A program made the translations under genes and the position numbers. The notes below the pieces were generated by a model. That model did no database searches. It had not been told where the DNA came from and saw only the letters and a list, made by a program, of their open reading frames with translations. A stretch of DNA of 30,565 bases. Origin: Myxococcales bacterium. GTDB lineage: Bacteria; Myxococcota; Myxococcia; Myxococcales; Anaeromyxobacteraceae. The first letter of the stretch is position 1, and the number at the start of each line of letters is the position of its first letter. Of the stretch, positions 1-8,745 are shown one piece after another. The stretch spans positions 1-30,565 of the forward strand of contig JBBQEB010000026.1 in assembly GCA_038320275.1 (NCBI GenBank). The letters are read 5' to 3'.

Positions 1-159
1 GTGCTCCGGCTGGGCCCGCTCGGCCAGCGCCAGGAAGTGGGCGGCGTGGCGCTCGCGCACCGCCCGCCCCGCCCCCGCCGCCTCGAGCCGCTCCGCGGCG
101 TACTGGCGCAGGGTCTCCAGCAGCCGGTAGCGCGCCTCGCCGTCGGGGTGCTCCTCGGC
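1..159 (-). other. Internal fragment of an AfsR/SARP/LuxR-type ATPase regulator (COG3903-like), fused to TolC DNA; probable chimeric junction
   Basis: The minus-strand frame reads AEEHPDGEARYRLLETLRQYAAERLEAAGAGRAVRERHAAHFLALAERAQPEH with GC3-rich codons. RYRLLETLRQYA..RL...RHA..F is typical of this family. The plus-strand translation of the same bases is not TolC-like. Confidence 0.7.
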
Positions 160-780
160 CGCGGGACGCCCGTGGCGGTGAGGGTCCCGGTAATGCCCCA
201 GCGCGCGCCCGCCGACGTGCCGGCCCTCGCTCGCGCCGCCCTCTCCGCCCGCCCCGAGCTCGCCGCACAGGCCTCCGCGAGGGACGCGGCCGAGCTGCAG
301 CTCCGTGCGGCATGGCTCCGCCTCGTTCCCCAGCTGTCGGCGTCCGCGGCGGTGTTCGCCCAGGACGTGGCGCTCCCCACCGGGCAGAAGGAGGGCTGGC
401 GGGCCGCGCTCGAGCTCTCCTGGGCCCTCTACGACGGTGGCTTCCGGTACGGCCGGGTCCGGCAGGCGCAGGGGGCGGTGGCGGGAGCGCGCGCGCAGGC
501 CGAGGCGCAGCGCCTGCAGATCGCCCAGGAGGTGGAGGACGCCGCGCGCGACCTGGAGGTGGCGCACGAGCGGCTCGCGCTCGCGGAGGAGGGGATGCGC
601 CTCGCGCGAGAGGCCTCGGCTACGGCCCGCCGCGGCTTCGAGGCGGGGGTGGTGGGCTCGCTCGACGTGCTCGACGCGAGCGACCGGCTCTACGCTGCCG
701 ACGTGAGCCACGCCGAGGCGCGCGCGCGCGTGGGGATCGCGGCTGCGGCGCTCGAGCGCGCTGCGGGGGGCCCGACGTGA
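148..780 (+). CDS. TolC family outer-membrane efflux protein, C-terminal part (5' end missing)
   Basis: OEP-type motifs ALSARPELAA, LSWALYDGG, RRGFEAGVVGSLDVLDA and ALERAAG. Its stop overlaps the next GTG (GTGA). Confidence 0.8.
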   Translation: MLLGRGTPVAVRVPVMPQRAPADVPALARAALSARPELAAQASARDAAELQLRAAWLRLVPQLSASAAVFAQDVALPTGQKEGWRAALELSWALYDGGFRYGRVRQAQGAVAGARAQAEAQRLQIAQEVEDAARDLEVAHERLALAEEGMRLAREASATARRGFEAGVVGSLDVLDASDRLYAADVSHAEARARVGIAAAALERAAGGPT

Positions 781-2252
781 CGCCCCGCGGACCCGTGCGG
801 GAGGCGATGCGCGGTATGCTGGCCTGGCCCGAGGTTCCCCTGCCCGTCCCGCCGCCGCCCGGCTTCGAGGAGATCCAGCGCCAGGAGCTCGCCGCGCTCT
901 TCGGGCGCATGGTCGGGTTGCGGCTCTTCTTCGTGCCCGCAGCGGCTGCGCTGCTCCTCTACGTCGCCCTCTTCGAGCCCTCCCGCTGGCGCACGGCGCT
1001 CGTGGCCGCGCTGCTCCTGCCGATGGCGACGTTCTTCGTCGCGGAGCTGGTCCGGTTCCGGCGCGCGGGCTTCCGCCGGAGCGCGACCTTCTGGAACCTC
1101 GCCGCCGGGGTCGCCGCCCAGCTCGTGCTCGCCTTCGCGACGGGCGGCCTCGAGAGCCCGTTCACCTACGCCTTCGTGCCGCTGGCCATCATGACCGGCG
1201 TCTTCGCGCCCTGGAGAGAGCACGCGCTCCTCGTGGGCGCGCAGGTCGCGGGCGTATGGGCGCTGGCAGCGGTCTCCCTGCTGCGACTGGTGCCGGATCT
1301 CGAGCCCGCGCTCTTCGGGGGAGGACCCAGGGCGGGCCACCCGGACGCGCTCCTCCTCGCCACCGCGACGGTGCTGTCGGTCATCCTGGCGATCGGCTCG
1401 CGCGCCGGCCGGGCGGTGCGCGGCGTCTTCGACCGCATGCTCGCCCAGGGGGTGCGCGCTCGCGAGGACGCGCTCCGCGCCCACGCCGAGCGCGCCGAGG
1501 AGCTCACCGCGCTCTCGGCGGAGATCGCGCACGAGCTCAAGAACCCCCTCGCGTCCGTGAAGGGGCTCGCCTCGCTGGTGGCCGACGGTCTCCCGGAGGG
1601 CAAGACCGCGGAGCGCCTCGGCGTGCTGCGGCGCGAGGTGGACCGGATGGCCGTCATCCTGGACGAGTTCCTCAACTTCTCCCGCCCGCTCGTTCCTCTC
1701 GCCCTCTCGAGCTTGGACGTGCCGGCGCTGGCGCGGGAGACCGCCGCCCTCTGCGAAGGGCTCGCGCGCGAGCGAGGGGTCGCGGTGGAGGTCCGCGGGG
1801 GAGCGGCCGGCGCGCGCTGCGACGCGCGGAAGGTGAAGCAGATCCTCGTGAACCTCCTGCAGAACGCCCTCGAGGCGAGCGCGGCCGGATCCGCCGTGGA
1901 GCTGGAGATCGACGCGCTCGGTCCGGCGCCGTCCGGAGGCGGACCCTGCGTGCGCGTGCGCATGCGCGACCGGGGGCACGGCCTCGATCCTGCGGTTGCG
2001 GGACGGGCCTTCGACCCGGGCGTCACCTCCAAGCCGCGCGGCTCGGGCCTCGGGCTCACCATCGCGCGCGCCCTGGCCCGGCAGCACGGGGGCGAGCTCC
2101 TCCTCCACGAGCGCGAGGGCGGTGGGTGCGAGGCCGAGCTGGAGCTCCCCGTGGAACCACCCGGAGCGGCGATCGGGGACGTGGCCTGCTCCCCGCCGGC
2201 CGCGGGGCTCGCGCGGTCCGGCCCTCGCCCTGGCGCGCCGGTGGCGCAGTGA
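777..2252 (+). CDS. Membrane sensor histidine kinase (~491 aa, multiple N-terminal TM helices)
   Basis: H-box EIAHELKNPLAS, N-box QILVNLLQNALEA, G1 DRGHG, G2 GSGLGL. GTG start overlaps the TolC stop; alternative ATGs at 807 and 816. Confidence 0.9.
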   Translation: MTPRGPVREAMRGMLAWPEVPLPVPPPPGFEEIQRQELAALFGRMVGLRLFFVPAAAALLLYVALFEPSRWRTALVAALLLPMATFFVAELVRFRRAGFRRSATFWNLAAGVAAQLVLAFATGGLESPFTYAFVPLAIMTGVFAPWREHALLVGAQVAGVWALAAVSLLRLVPDLEPALFGGGPRAGHPDALLLATATVLSVILAIGSRAGRAVRGVFDRMLAQGVRAREDALRAHAERAEELTALSAEIAHELKNPLASVKGLASLVADGLPEGKTAERLGVLRREVDRMAVILDEFLNFSRPLVPLALSSLDVPALARETAALCEGLARERGVAVEVRGGAAGARCDARKVKQILVNLLQNALEASAAGSAVELEIDALGPAPSGGGPCVRVRMRDRGHGLDPAVAGRAFDPGVTSKPRGSGLGLTIARALARQHGGELLLHEREGGGCEAELELPVEPPGAAIGDVACSPPAAGLARSGPRPGAPVAQ

Positions 2253-3589
2253 CCTCGCGGGTGCTCGTCGTCGACGACGATCCGGGCGTCCGCTACACGC
2301 TGCGCGAGATCCTCTCCGCGGACGGCCTCGAGGTGGAGGAGGCGGAGGACGGCGCGGCGGCCCTGGCGCGCTGGGACGCCCATCCCGCGCAGGTGGTCGT
2401 CACCGATCTCCGCATGCCGCGCATGGACGGCCTCGCGCTCCTGCGGGAGCTGGCGTCCCGGCCAGAGCCGCCCCGCGTGGTGGTGGTCACCGCGCACGGG
2501 TCGGAGCGGCAGGCGGTGGAGGCGATGAAGGCCGGCGCCTGGGACTACTTCCGCAAGCCCTTCGAGCGGGACGAGCTCCTGGCGGTGGTGAGGAGGGCGC
2601 TCGAGGCGGCGCGCCTCTCGGGCGAGAACGCCCTGCTCCAGGGCGAGGTGGCGCTCGCCGGTTCCATGGTCTTCGCCTCGCCCGCGATGCAGCGGCTCGC
2701 GCAGCTCGTCGCCCGCGTCGCGCCGCGCGACGTGACGGTGCTCGTGACCGGCGAGAGCGGTACGGGCAAGGAGCGGGTGGCCGAGGCCGTGTGGCGCGCG
2801 TCGCGGCGCGCGGACCGGCCCTTCGTCCGGTTCAACTGCGCGGCGCTCTCCCCCGAGCTGGCGGAGGCGGAGCTGTTCGGCCACGCGCGGGGGGCGTTCA
2901 CCGGCGCCGTGCGTGCGCGCGCGGGGCTCTTCGGCGAGGCCGACGGGGGCACGCTTCTCCTGGACGAGGTGGCCGAGCTGCCCCAGGACGCACAGGCGAA
3001 GCTCCTGCGCGTCGTGCAGGACGGGGAGCTCCGGCCCGTCGGCGAGGACCGCGCACGGCGGGTGGACGTGCGCGTCCTCGCCGCGACGCACCGCGACCTC
3101 CGGGACCGGGTCGCCCGCGGCCTGTTCCGGGAGGACCTGTTCTACCGCCTCGACGTGGTCACCCTGCGCGTCCCGCCCCTGCGCGAGCGTCCCGAGGACC
3201 TGGCGCCGCTGGCGTCGTACTTCCTGGCGCGGTTCGCCCGGCGCTTCGGGGTGGCGCACGTCGCGGCCCCGGACGAGCTCCTGGCGCGGCTGCGCGCCCG
3301 CGCCTGGCGCGGGAACGTGCGCGAGCTGGAGCACGCGCTGGAGCGCCTCGTGGCGCTGTCGCCGGAGGGGACCCTCGACCTCGCGCTCCTGCCTCCGTCC
3401 GACGGCGCGGAGGCGGCCGAGCCACTCTCGCTCCGCGAGCGGGTGGAGGCCTACGAGCGCGGGCTCATCGTGAAGGCGCTGGAGGCCGCGGGCGGGAATC
3501 GGAGCGAGGCGGCGCGCGCGCTGGGGCTCCCGCGCGTGACCCTGCACGACAAGCTGAAGCGGTACGGGATCGCCGGCGCGGAGGACTGA
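2249..3589 (+). CDS. Sigma54-dependent response regulator (NtrC/AtoC family, 446 aa)
   Basis: Receiver domain ([20 protein letters not shown]), Walker [15 protein letters not shown], Walker [15 protein letters not shown] and Fis-type [18 protein letters not shown] overlap with the kinase. Confidence 0.95.
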   Translation: MTSRVLVVDDDPGVRYTLREILSADGLEVEEAEDGAAALARWDAHPAQVVVTDLRMPRMDGLALLRELASRPEPPRVVVVTAHGSERQAVEAMKAGAWDYFRKPFERDELLAVVRRALEAARLSGENALLQGEVALAGSMVFASPAMQRLAQLVARVAPRDVTVLVTGESGTGKERVAEAVWRASRRADRPFVRFNCAALSPELAEAELFGHARGAFTGAVRARAGLFGEADGGTLLLDEVAELPQDAQAKLLRVVQDGELRPVGEDRARRVDVRVLAATHRDLRDRVARGLFREDLFYRLDVVTLRVPPLRERPEDLAPLASYFLARFARRFGVAHVAAPDELLARLRARAWRGNVRELEHALERLVALSPEGTLDLALLPPSDGAEAAEPLSLRERVEAYERGLIVKALEAAGGNRSEAARALGLPRVTLHDKLKRYGIAGAED

Positions 3590-3638
3590 GGTTTCGCCCG
3601 GCCATGCCTCCCGCGTCGCTCTGAAACCGGGGGCCTGG

Positions 3639-4079
3639 TCAGACTGCGCTCGCGCAGGCCCGGCACTTGCGCGCGGCGGCCGGGATCATCTCGAGGCACT
3701 CGGGACAGACCTTCGTCGCGGGCGCCGCGGCGGGCGCCTTCTCGCGCTCGAGGAGCGCCTTCACGATGAGGAAGACGACCAGCGCGACGATGACGAAGTC
3801 GACGATCCGGCCCAGGAGGTCGCCGTACTTGATGGCGTTCGTCCCGGAGAGCGTGAGCTGCGCGCTGCGCCAGTCTCCGGAGGGCAGCAGCAGGCCCACC
3901 AGCGGCATGATGAGGTCGTCCACGATCCCGGAGACGACCTTGCCGATGGCGGCACCGATGACGACGCCGACCGCGAGGGCGAGCGCGTTCTGCTTCAGGA
4001 GGAAGTTGCGGAAGTCGCTCGCGAGGGTTCGCGCTGCGGCGCCGGCGCCGGCGAGCGGCCGGGTCAGGTTCTCGGACAT
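3639..4079 (-). CDS. mscL: Large-conductance mechanosensitive channel with C-terminal zinc-ribbon-like tail
   Basis: DFRNFLLKQNALALAVGVVIGAAIGKVVSGIVDDLIMP and IKYGDLL..IVDFVIVALVVF are MscL signatures. The tail is CPEC-x9-CRAC. AGGAGAG SD upstream. Confidence 0.92.
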   Translation of the reverse strand: MSENLTRPLAGAGAAARTLASDFRNFLLKQNALALAVGVVIGAAIGKVVSGIVDDLIMPLVGLLLPSGDWRSAQLTLSGTNAIKYGDLLGRIVDFVIVALVVFLIVKALLEREKAPAAAPATKVCPECLEMIPAAARKCRACASAV

Positions 4080-4162
4080 GGGGTCTCTCCTTCGGCGTGG
4101 GCCGGCTCGGCTCAGGGCGGCGCGGCTCGCCGCTCCGGCAGCTGGAGGTTATCTCACCGCCC

Positions 4163-5794
4163 ATGGCCAACGGCACCTTTCATCCCCCCGAGCCGCGCAA
4201 CGAGCCCATCCTCGCCTACCGCCGGGGCTCTCCCGAGCGGGCCGCTCTGAAGGCGCGCCTCGCCGAGCTGACCGCGCAGGAGCTCGAGATCCCGTGCGTG
4301 ATCGGCGGCGAGCGCGTCCGTACCGGGCGGCTCGCCGAGGTCCGCATGCCGCACCGGCACGGGCACCTGCTCGCGCGCTTTCACCGCGCCGGACCGGCCG
4401 AGGTGAACCGGGCCGTGGAAGCGGCCAAGGAGGCCAGGAAAGCCTGGGCGACGCTCGACTGGCATGACCGTGCGGCGGTGTTCCTGAAGGCTGCGGACCT
4501 GCTCGCGGGCCCCTGGCGCGCGACCCTGAATGCCGCCACCATGCTCGGCCAGTCGAAGACGGTGCACCAGGCGGAGATCGATGCCGCTTGCGAGATCGTC
4601 GATTTCTGGCGCTGGAACCCACACTTCGCCGCCCTGCTCTACGCGCAGCAGCCCTCCTCGTCGCCGGGACAGTGGAACCGGCTCGAGCAGCGGCCGCTCG
4701 AAGGCTACGTCTTCGCCGTCACCCCGTTCAACTTCACCTCCATCGCGGCGAATCTCCCCACCGCGCCAGCCCTCCTCGGCAATACCGTGCTCTGGAAGCC
4801 GGCCTCGAGCGCCGTCTACTCCGCCTGGTCTATCCTCCAGCTCCTGGAAGCCGCGGGGCTGCCGCCCGGGGTGGTGAACTTCCTGCCTGGCAGCGGGCGC
4901 GACGTGGGCGACCCGGCGCTCGCGAGCCCCGACCTGGGCGGGCTGCACTTCACAGGTTCCACCCGCGTCTTCCAGGGCATGTGGCGCACGATCGCCGAGG
5001 GCCTGCCGCGCTACCGCAGCTACCCGCGCATCGTGGGGGAGACGGGCGGAAAGGACTTTGTCTTCGCGCACGCCTCCGCCGACGTGGACGCGCTGGCGGC
5101 AGCCCTGGTGCGCGGCGCCTTCGAGTACCAGGGCCAGAAGTGCTCGGCCGCCTCGCGCGCCTACGTTCCCGAGAGCCTTTGGCCCGGAGTGAAGCAACGG
5201 GTGGTGGCGCTCACCCGCTCCCTGTCCATGGGCGACCCCGCAGACTTCACCACCTTCCTCGGGGCCGTCATCGACCGCGGCGCCTTCGAGCGCATCCGCG
5301 GCTACGTGGAGCTGGCCAGGGCGGGGGATGGCGCGGAGCTCGTCACGGGTGGCCGCTGCGACGATCGGGAAGGCTTCTTCGTCGAGCCCGCCGTGGTCGA
5401 GACGACCGACCCGCGCCACCGGCTGATGGAGGAGGAGATCTTCGGGCCGGTGCTCACCGTCTTCCCCTACCCCGACGCGCGGCTGGAGGAGGCGCTCACC
5501 CTCTGCGACACCACCTCGCCCTACGGCCTGACCGGCGCGGTCTTCGCGCGCGATCGCCACGCGATCGCGCACATCTCGGCGGCCCTGGTGAACGCCGCCG
5601 GGAACTTCTACGTGAACGACAAGCCCACCGGGGCGGTGGTGGGACAGCAGCCGTTCGGAGGCGCGCGCGCTTCCGGAACCAACGACAAGGCGGGCAGCCT
5701 CGCGAACCTCATGCGCTGGGTCTCCCCGCGCGCGCTGAAGGAGACGTTCGCGCCGACCACCGCGGTGGAGTACCCGCACCAGGAGGAGCCATGA
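4163..5794 (+). CDS. pruA: L-glutamate gamma-semialdehyde (P5C) dehydrogenase, 543 aa
   Basis: NEPILAY..GSPER, QAEIDAACE..DFWRWN, PFNFTSI, GETGGKDF (catalytic Glu), YQGQKCSA (catalytic Cys), EEIFGPV, NDKPTGAVVGQQPFGG.RASGTNDKAG. Confidence 0.95.
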   Translation: MANGTFHPPEPRNEPILAYRRGSPERAALKARLAELTAQELEIPCVIGGERVRTGRLAEVRMPHRHGHLLARFHRAGPAEVNRAVEAAKEARKAWATLDWHDRAAVFLKAADLLAGPWRATLNAATMLGQSKTVHQAEIDAACEIVDFWRWNPHFAALLYAQQPSSSPGQWNRLEQRPLEGYVFAVTPFNFTSIAANLPTAPALLGNTVLWKPASSAVYSAWSILQLLEAAGLPPGVVNFLPGSGRDVGDPALASPDLGGLHFTGSTRVFQGMWRTIAEGLPRYRSYPRIVGETGGKDFVFAHASADVDALAAALVRGAFEYQGQKCSAASRAYVPESLWPGVKQRVVALTRSLSMGDPADFTTFLGAVIDRGAFERIRGYVELARAGDGAELVTGGRCDDREGFFVEPAVVETTDPRHRLMEEEIFGPVLTVFPYPDARLEEALTLCDTTSPYGLTGAVFARDRHAIAHISAALVNAAGNFYVNDKPTGAVVGQQPFGGARASGTNDKAGSLANLMRWVSPRALKETFAPTTAVEYPHQEEP

Positions 5795-5883
5795 AGGCGA
5801 CGCTTGCGCCTGATCTCACGTGAACGTCTCCACCCCTCCCCGGTCACGGGGCCGGATCGCGGGACGAGGCTCGCGGACCCACC

Positions 5884-6138
5884 ATGCCCACGGTGCTTGT
5901 CGCCTTCGGGGCGCCGGCCTCAAGGTGGTCGTGGGCGTTCACGCCTGGTGGAGAGGAGCGGCGGGTGACCTACGCGCGGGAAGCGACGACCGGATCGAGG
6001 CTCCTGGAGCTGTGGCTGGGCCTGTTCGCGCTCGCGGCGCTCGTCCTCCTGCTGGGCGCGGGGTGGTTGCGGTCCTTCCTGCCCGCGGCGCGCCCGCCAC
6101 GCCTGCGCGACGACCTCAACCTGCTGCCGGGACGCTGA
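5884..6138 (+). CDS. Small hypothetical single-TM protein or gene remnant (84 aa)
   Basis: GC3-rich codons and one hydrophobic helix (LWLGLFALAALVLLLGAGWL). It fills the gap between pruA and the convergent kinase, overlapping the latter by 23 nt. No clear SD. Confidence 0.4.
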   Translation: MPTVLVAFGAPASRWSWAFTPGGEERRVTYAREATTGSRLLELWLGLFALAALVLLLGAGWLRSFLPAARPPRLRDDLNLLPGR

Positions 6139-7471
6139 AGCGCACCGTCGTCCCTCCCGCTCCGGAGCTGACGGCGGAGATGAGACCACCGTGCGCCTCC
6201 ACGATGCGCCGGGCGAGCGCGAGGCCGAGCCCCACTCCGCCGGTCTGGCGGGCGCGGCTCCGGTCCGACCGGAAGAAGGGCGCGAAGATCCGCTCCAGCT
6301 CCCCGGAAGGGACCCCGATGCCCTCGTCCTGCACCTCGACGACGAGCGCACCGCCCTCGCGCCGGGCCCGGATCTCGATGGGCGCGGCCTCCTCGGAGTA
6401 CTTGCGCGCGTTGTCGAGCAGGTTCTCCACCACCCTGCGCAGCAACGCCGCGTCGGCGTCGAGCGGGGGCAGCGGCTCCTCCAGCTTCACCTCCAGAGGG
6501 CGTGCCGGGTAGGCTGCGCGAAAGCGCTCGGCCGAGCGGAGCACGACCTCGCGGGGATCGATCCGCTCGCGCCGCAGCGGGAGCGCGCCGCCCGACTCCC
6601 ATCCCGCCGCCAGGTCGAGGCGGGCGGCGGAGAGCACGTCGTCCACCAGCTGGGTCAGCTCGTCGAGATCGGCGGCGATGCCGGCCAGGTGGCGGCGCGA
6701 GCGCTCGTGATCGCCTTCCGCAGCGAGGTCGAGGCCGACGCGGATGCGGGCGAGCGGAGTCCGCAGCTCGTGAGAGACGTTGGCGAGGAGCTCCTTCTCC
6801 GACCGGAGCAGGGATTGGATCCTCTCCGCCATCACGTCGAAAGCCGCGGCGACCTCGCTCACCTCCCCGCCCGAGCGCAGCCGCGCGCGCGCGGAGAGGT
6901 CGCCCGCCCCGAACCGGCGCACGGCCGCGCCCAGCCGCTCCAGCGGAGCCGAGATGGCGTGCGCCAGGGGGATCGAGCCGAGCGCCAGGGCGAAGAGCAC
7001 CGCCGCGAGGAGTGCGGCGCCGCGCAAGAGGGAGCGGCCGTGCGCCTCGAAGGCCACCACCACGTACCCCGCGGGCGCGTCTGGCACCGGCGCGGCGAAG
7101 GACAAGCTCCGGCCGGGAAGCCTCGCCGGCCCCCTCCCTGCGCGCCGCTCCTCCTCGGCGCCGAGCGGCGGCAGCGGCGGTTCGGCACTCGTGGCCACGG
7201 CCTGCCCGCCCTCGTAGTAGGTGGCCGCGATCCCGAAGCTGTCGCGCAGGAGCCGCAGCTCGCGCCCGAGCGCGGCCGGGTCCCGGCGCAGCTCGGCCGC
7301 GCGCGCGGCGGCGTACTCGGCGAGGCGCTCGGGGCTGCGGCCGGGCGGCCGCCGGCCGAGAGCGGACCCCACCGCGAAGACCGCCAGCGCGACCAGCGTG
7401 AGCAGCACCAGGCCGTTCAGGTAGACGCGCCAGAAGAGGCGCGCCGGGAGGCGAACGATCTTCGGGCTCAT
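6116..7471 (-). CDS. HAMP-domain sensor histidine kinase (CpxA/RstB-like, 451 aa)
   Basis: Two TM segments, HAMP (PLERL...GDLSAR...EV..VAAAFDVMAERI), H-box NVSHELRTPLARI, NLLDNARKYS, DEGIG, PFFRSDRSRARQTGGVGLGL. Confidence 0.92.
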   Translation of the reverse strand: MSPKIVRLPARLFWRVYLNGLVLLTLVALAVFAVGSALGRRPPGRSPERLAEYAAARAAELRRDPAALGRELRLLRDSFGIAATYYEGGQAVATSAEPPLPPLGAEEERRAGRGPARLPGRSLSFAAPVPDAPAGYVVVAFEAHGRSLLRGAALLAAVLFALALGSIPLAHAISAPLERLGAAVRRFGAGDLSARARLRSGGEVSEVAAAFDVMAERIQSLLRSEKELLANVSHELRTPLARIRVGLDLAAEGDHERSRRHLAGIAADLDELTQLVDDVLSAARLDLAAGWESGGALPLRRERIDPREVVLRSAERFRAAYPARPLEVKLEEPLPPLDADAALLRRVVENLLDNARKYSEEAAPIEIRARREGGALVVEVQDEGIGVPSGELERIFAPFFRSDRSRARQTGGVGLGLALARRIVEAHGGLISAVSSGAGGTTVRFSVPAAG

Positions 7472-7481
7472 CGCGGAGCTG

Positions 7482-8186
7482 TCACTCCGCCTCGTCGAGC
7501 GCGAGCAGGTATCCGGCGCCGCGCACCGTCTTGAGGATGCGCGGGCGCTTGGGGTCGTCCCCGAGCTTGTGGCGAAGTCGCGAGACGTGGACGTCGATGG
7601 AGCGGTCGAAGGACTCCTCGGCGGTGCCCTTCGCGATGTCCATGAGCTGCTCGCGCGAGAGCACGCGGCCTGCCCGCTCAGCGAGCGCCTTGAGGAGGGC
7701 GAACTCGTAGCCGGTGAGCGCCAGCTCGCGCTCGCCATACGTCGCGCGGCGCGCCCCGGGATCGACGGTCAGCCTTCCCACCCGGACGGTCTGGAGCGAG
7801 GGGCCCGCCTGCCCGCGCGCGCGCCGCACCACCGCGCGCACCCGCGCCAGCAGCTCGCGCGGCGAGAAGGGCTTCGCGAGGTAGTCGTCGGCGCCCAGCT
7901 CGAGTCCCATGACCCGGTCCGCCTCCTCCCCTCGCGCGGTGAGCACGAGGATGGGGACGTCCGACCGCGCCCGCAGGGCGCGACACACCTCGAGGCCGGA
8001 GAGCTCCGGAAGCATGAGGTCGAGCAGCACTGCGTCCGGGCGGTGGGCGAGCGCCTCGGCGAGGCCGGTGCGCCCGTCGGCGGCGACGGTGACCACCGCC
8101 CCGTGCGATTCCAGGTACTCCTTCGTCAAGGCCGCCAGGCGCGGGTCGTCCTCGACGAGGAGCAGGGTGAGGGGTGTCTCGTTCAC
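7482..8186 (-). CDS. OmpR/PhoB-family response regulator (CpxR-like)
   Basis: LLVEDD, LLDLMLP, GLELGADDYLAKPF, winged helix DRSIDVHVSRLRHKL and KTVRGAGY. Confidence 0.95.
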   Translation of the reverse strand: MNETPLTLLLVEDDPRLAALTKEYLESHGAVVTVAADGRTGLAEALAHRPDAVLLDLMLPELSGLEVCRALRARSDVPILVLTARGEEADRVMGLELGADDYLAKPFSPRELLARVRAVVRRARGQAGPSLQTVRVGRLTVDPGARRATYGERELALTGYEFALLKALAERAGRVLSREQLMDIAKGTAEESFDRSIDVHVSRLRHKLGDDPKRPRILKTVRGAGYLLALDEAE

Positions 8187-8201
8187 GCGCGCCAGACGAT
8201 C

Positions 8202-8639
8202 TCACTCGACGTGATGGTGCCGCCCCATCTTCTGGGCGACCTTGGCCCGCTGCTCGGGCGTCAAGATCGAATGCACCTGAAGGATGGCGTCGGCCGCCTC
8301 GTCGGCGAAGGTCTTGGCGGCGGCGACGCGCCCGTTGATGAGCGCGTGGACCTTGCCCGCGTCCGGACTCGCGCTCGTCCACTCCGCGAGGAGCTGCGCG
8401 CGCAGGTCGCCCTGGCCGGCGTGGAGCGCCTTGCCGTCGGCGAGGAGCTTGTCGGCGATGGCGTGGATCTGGGTGCGCTGGGCGTCCGTGGCGGAGACCT
8501 CGTCGAGCAGCTTGTCGAGGCGGCCGTTCACGAAAGCCGCCATGTGGGCCGGGTCCCGGTGATGCCGGAAGGCGGTGAGGGTGAGGGTGCCCGCGGCCGC
8601 GAGGCCGAGGACGAGGACGGATGCGAAGATCTTCTTCAT
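8202..8639 (-). CDS. Spy/CpxP family periplasmic chaperone/adaptor (145 aa)
   Basis: Signal peptide MKKIFASVLVLGLAAA and two LTxxQ-like motifs (ATDAQR, LTPEQR). SD AAGGAG 9 nt before the ATG at 8639. Lies directly upstream of the regulator-kinase pair. Confidence 0.85.
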   Translation of the reverse strand: MKKIFASVLVLGLAAAGTLTLTAFRHHRDPAHMAAFVNGRLDKLLDEVSATDAQRTQIHAIADKLLADGKALHAGQGDLRAQLLAEWTSASPDAGKVHALINGRVAAAKTFADEAADAILQVHSILTPEQRAKVAQKMGRHHHVE

Positions 8640-8705
8640 GGCGGTCATCTCCTTCGAGGTTCGAGGATGAACATGCGCGCGCGCCGTTGCTCGCGCTCGA
8701 AGCGG

Positions 8706-8722
8706 GCGTGAAGAAGCGTGAA
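8706..8722. promoter_or_regulatory. Putative OmpR/CpxR-type tandem binding site
   Basis: GCGTGAA direct repeat with 10-bp period (GTGAA-N5-GTGAA; the E. coli CpxR box is GTAAA-N5-GTAAA), in the divergent gap between the cpxP-like gene and ABC-F. Confidence 0.5.
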
Positions 8723-8745
8723 CCGCCGTCTACATTCCCGCGGCG

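Noticed and set aside
312..2248. Long N-terminal extensions of ORFs 312-2252 and 1256-3589 (likewise 6116-7738, 10967-12313, 15795-17324, 27215-28831)
   Set aside because: The extensions overlap real upstream genes and are Arg/Gly/Ala-rich off-frame sequence. True starts are at GTGA overlaps or SD-preceded ATGs.
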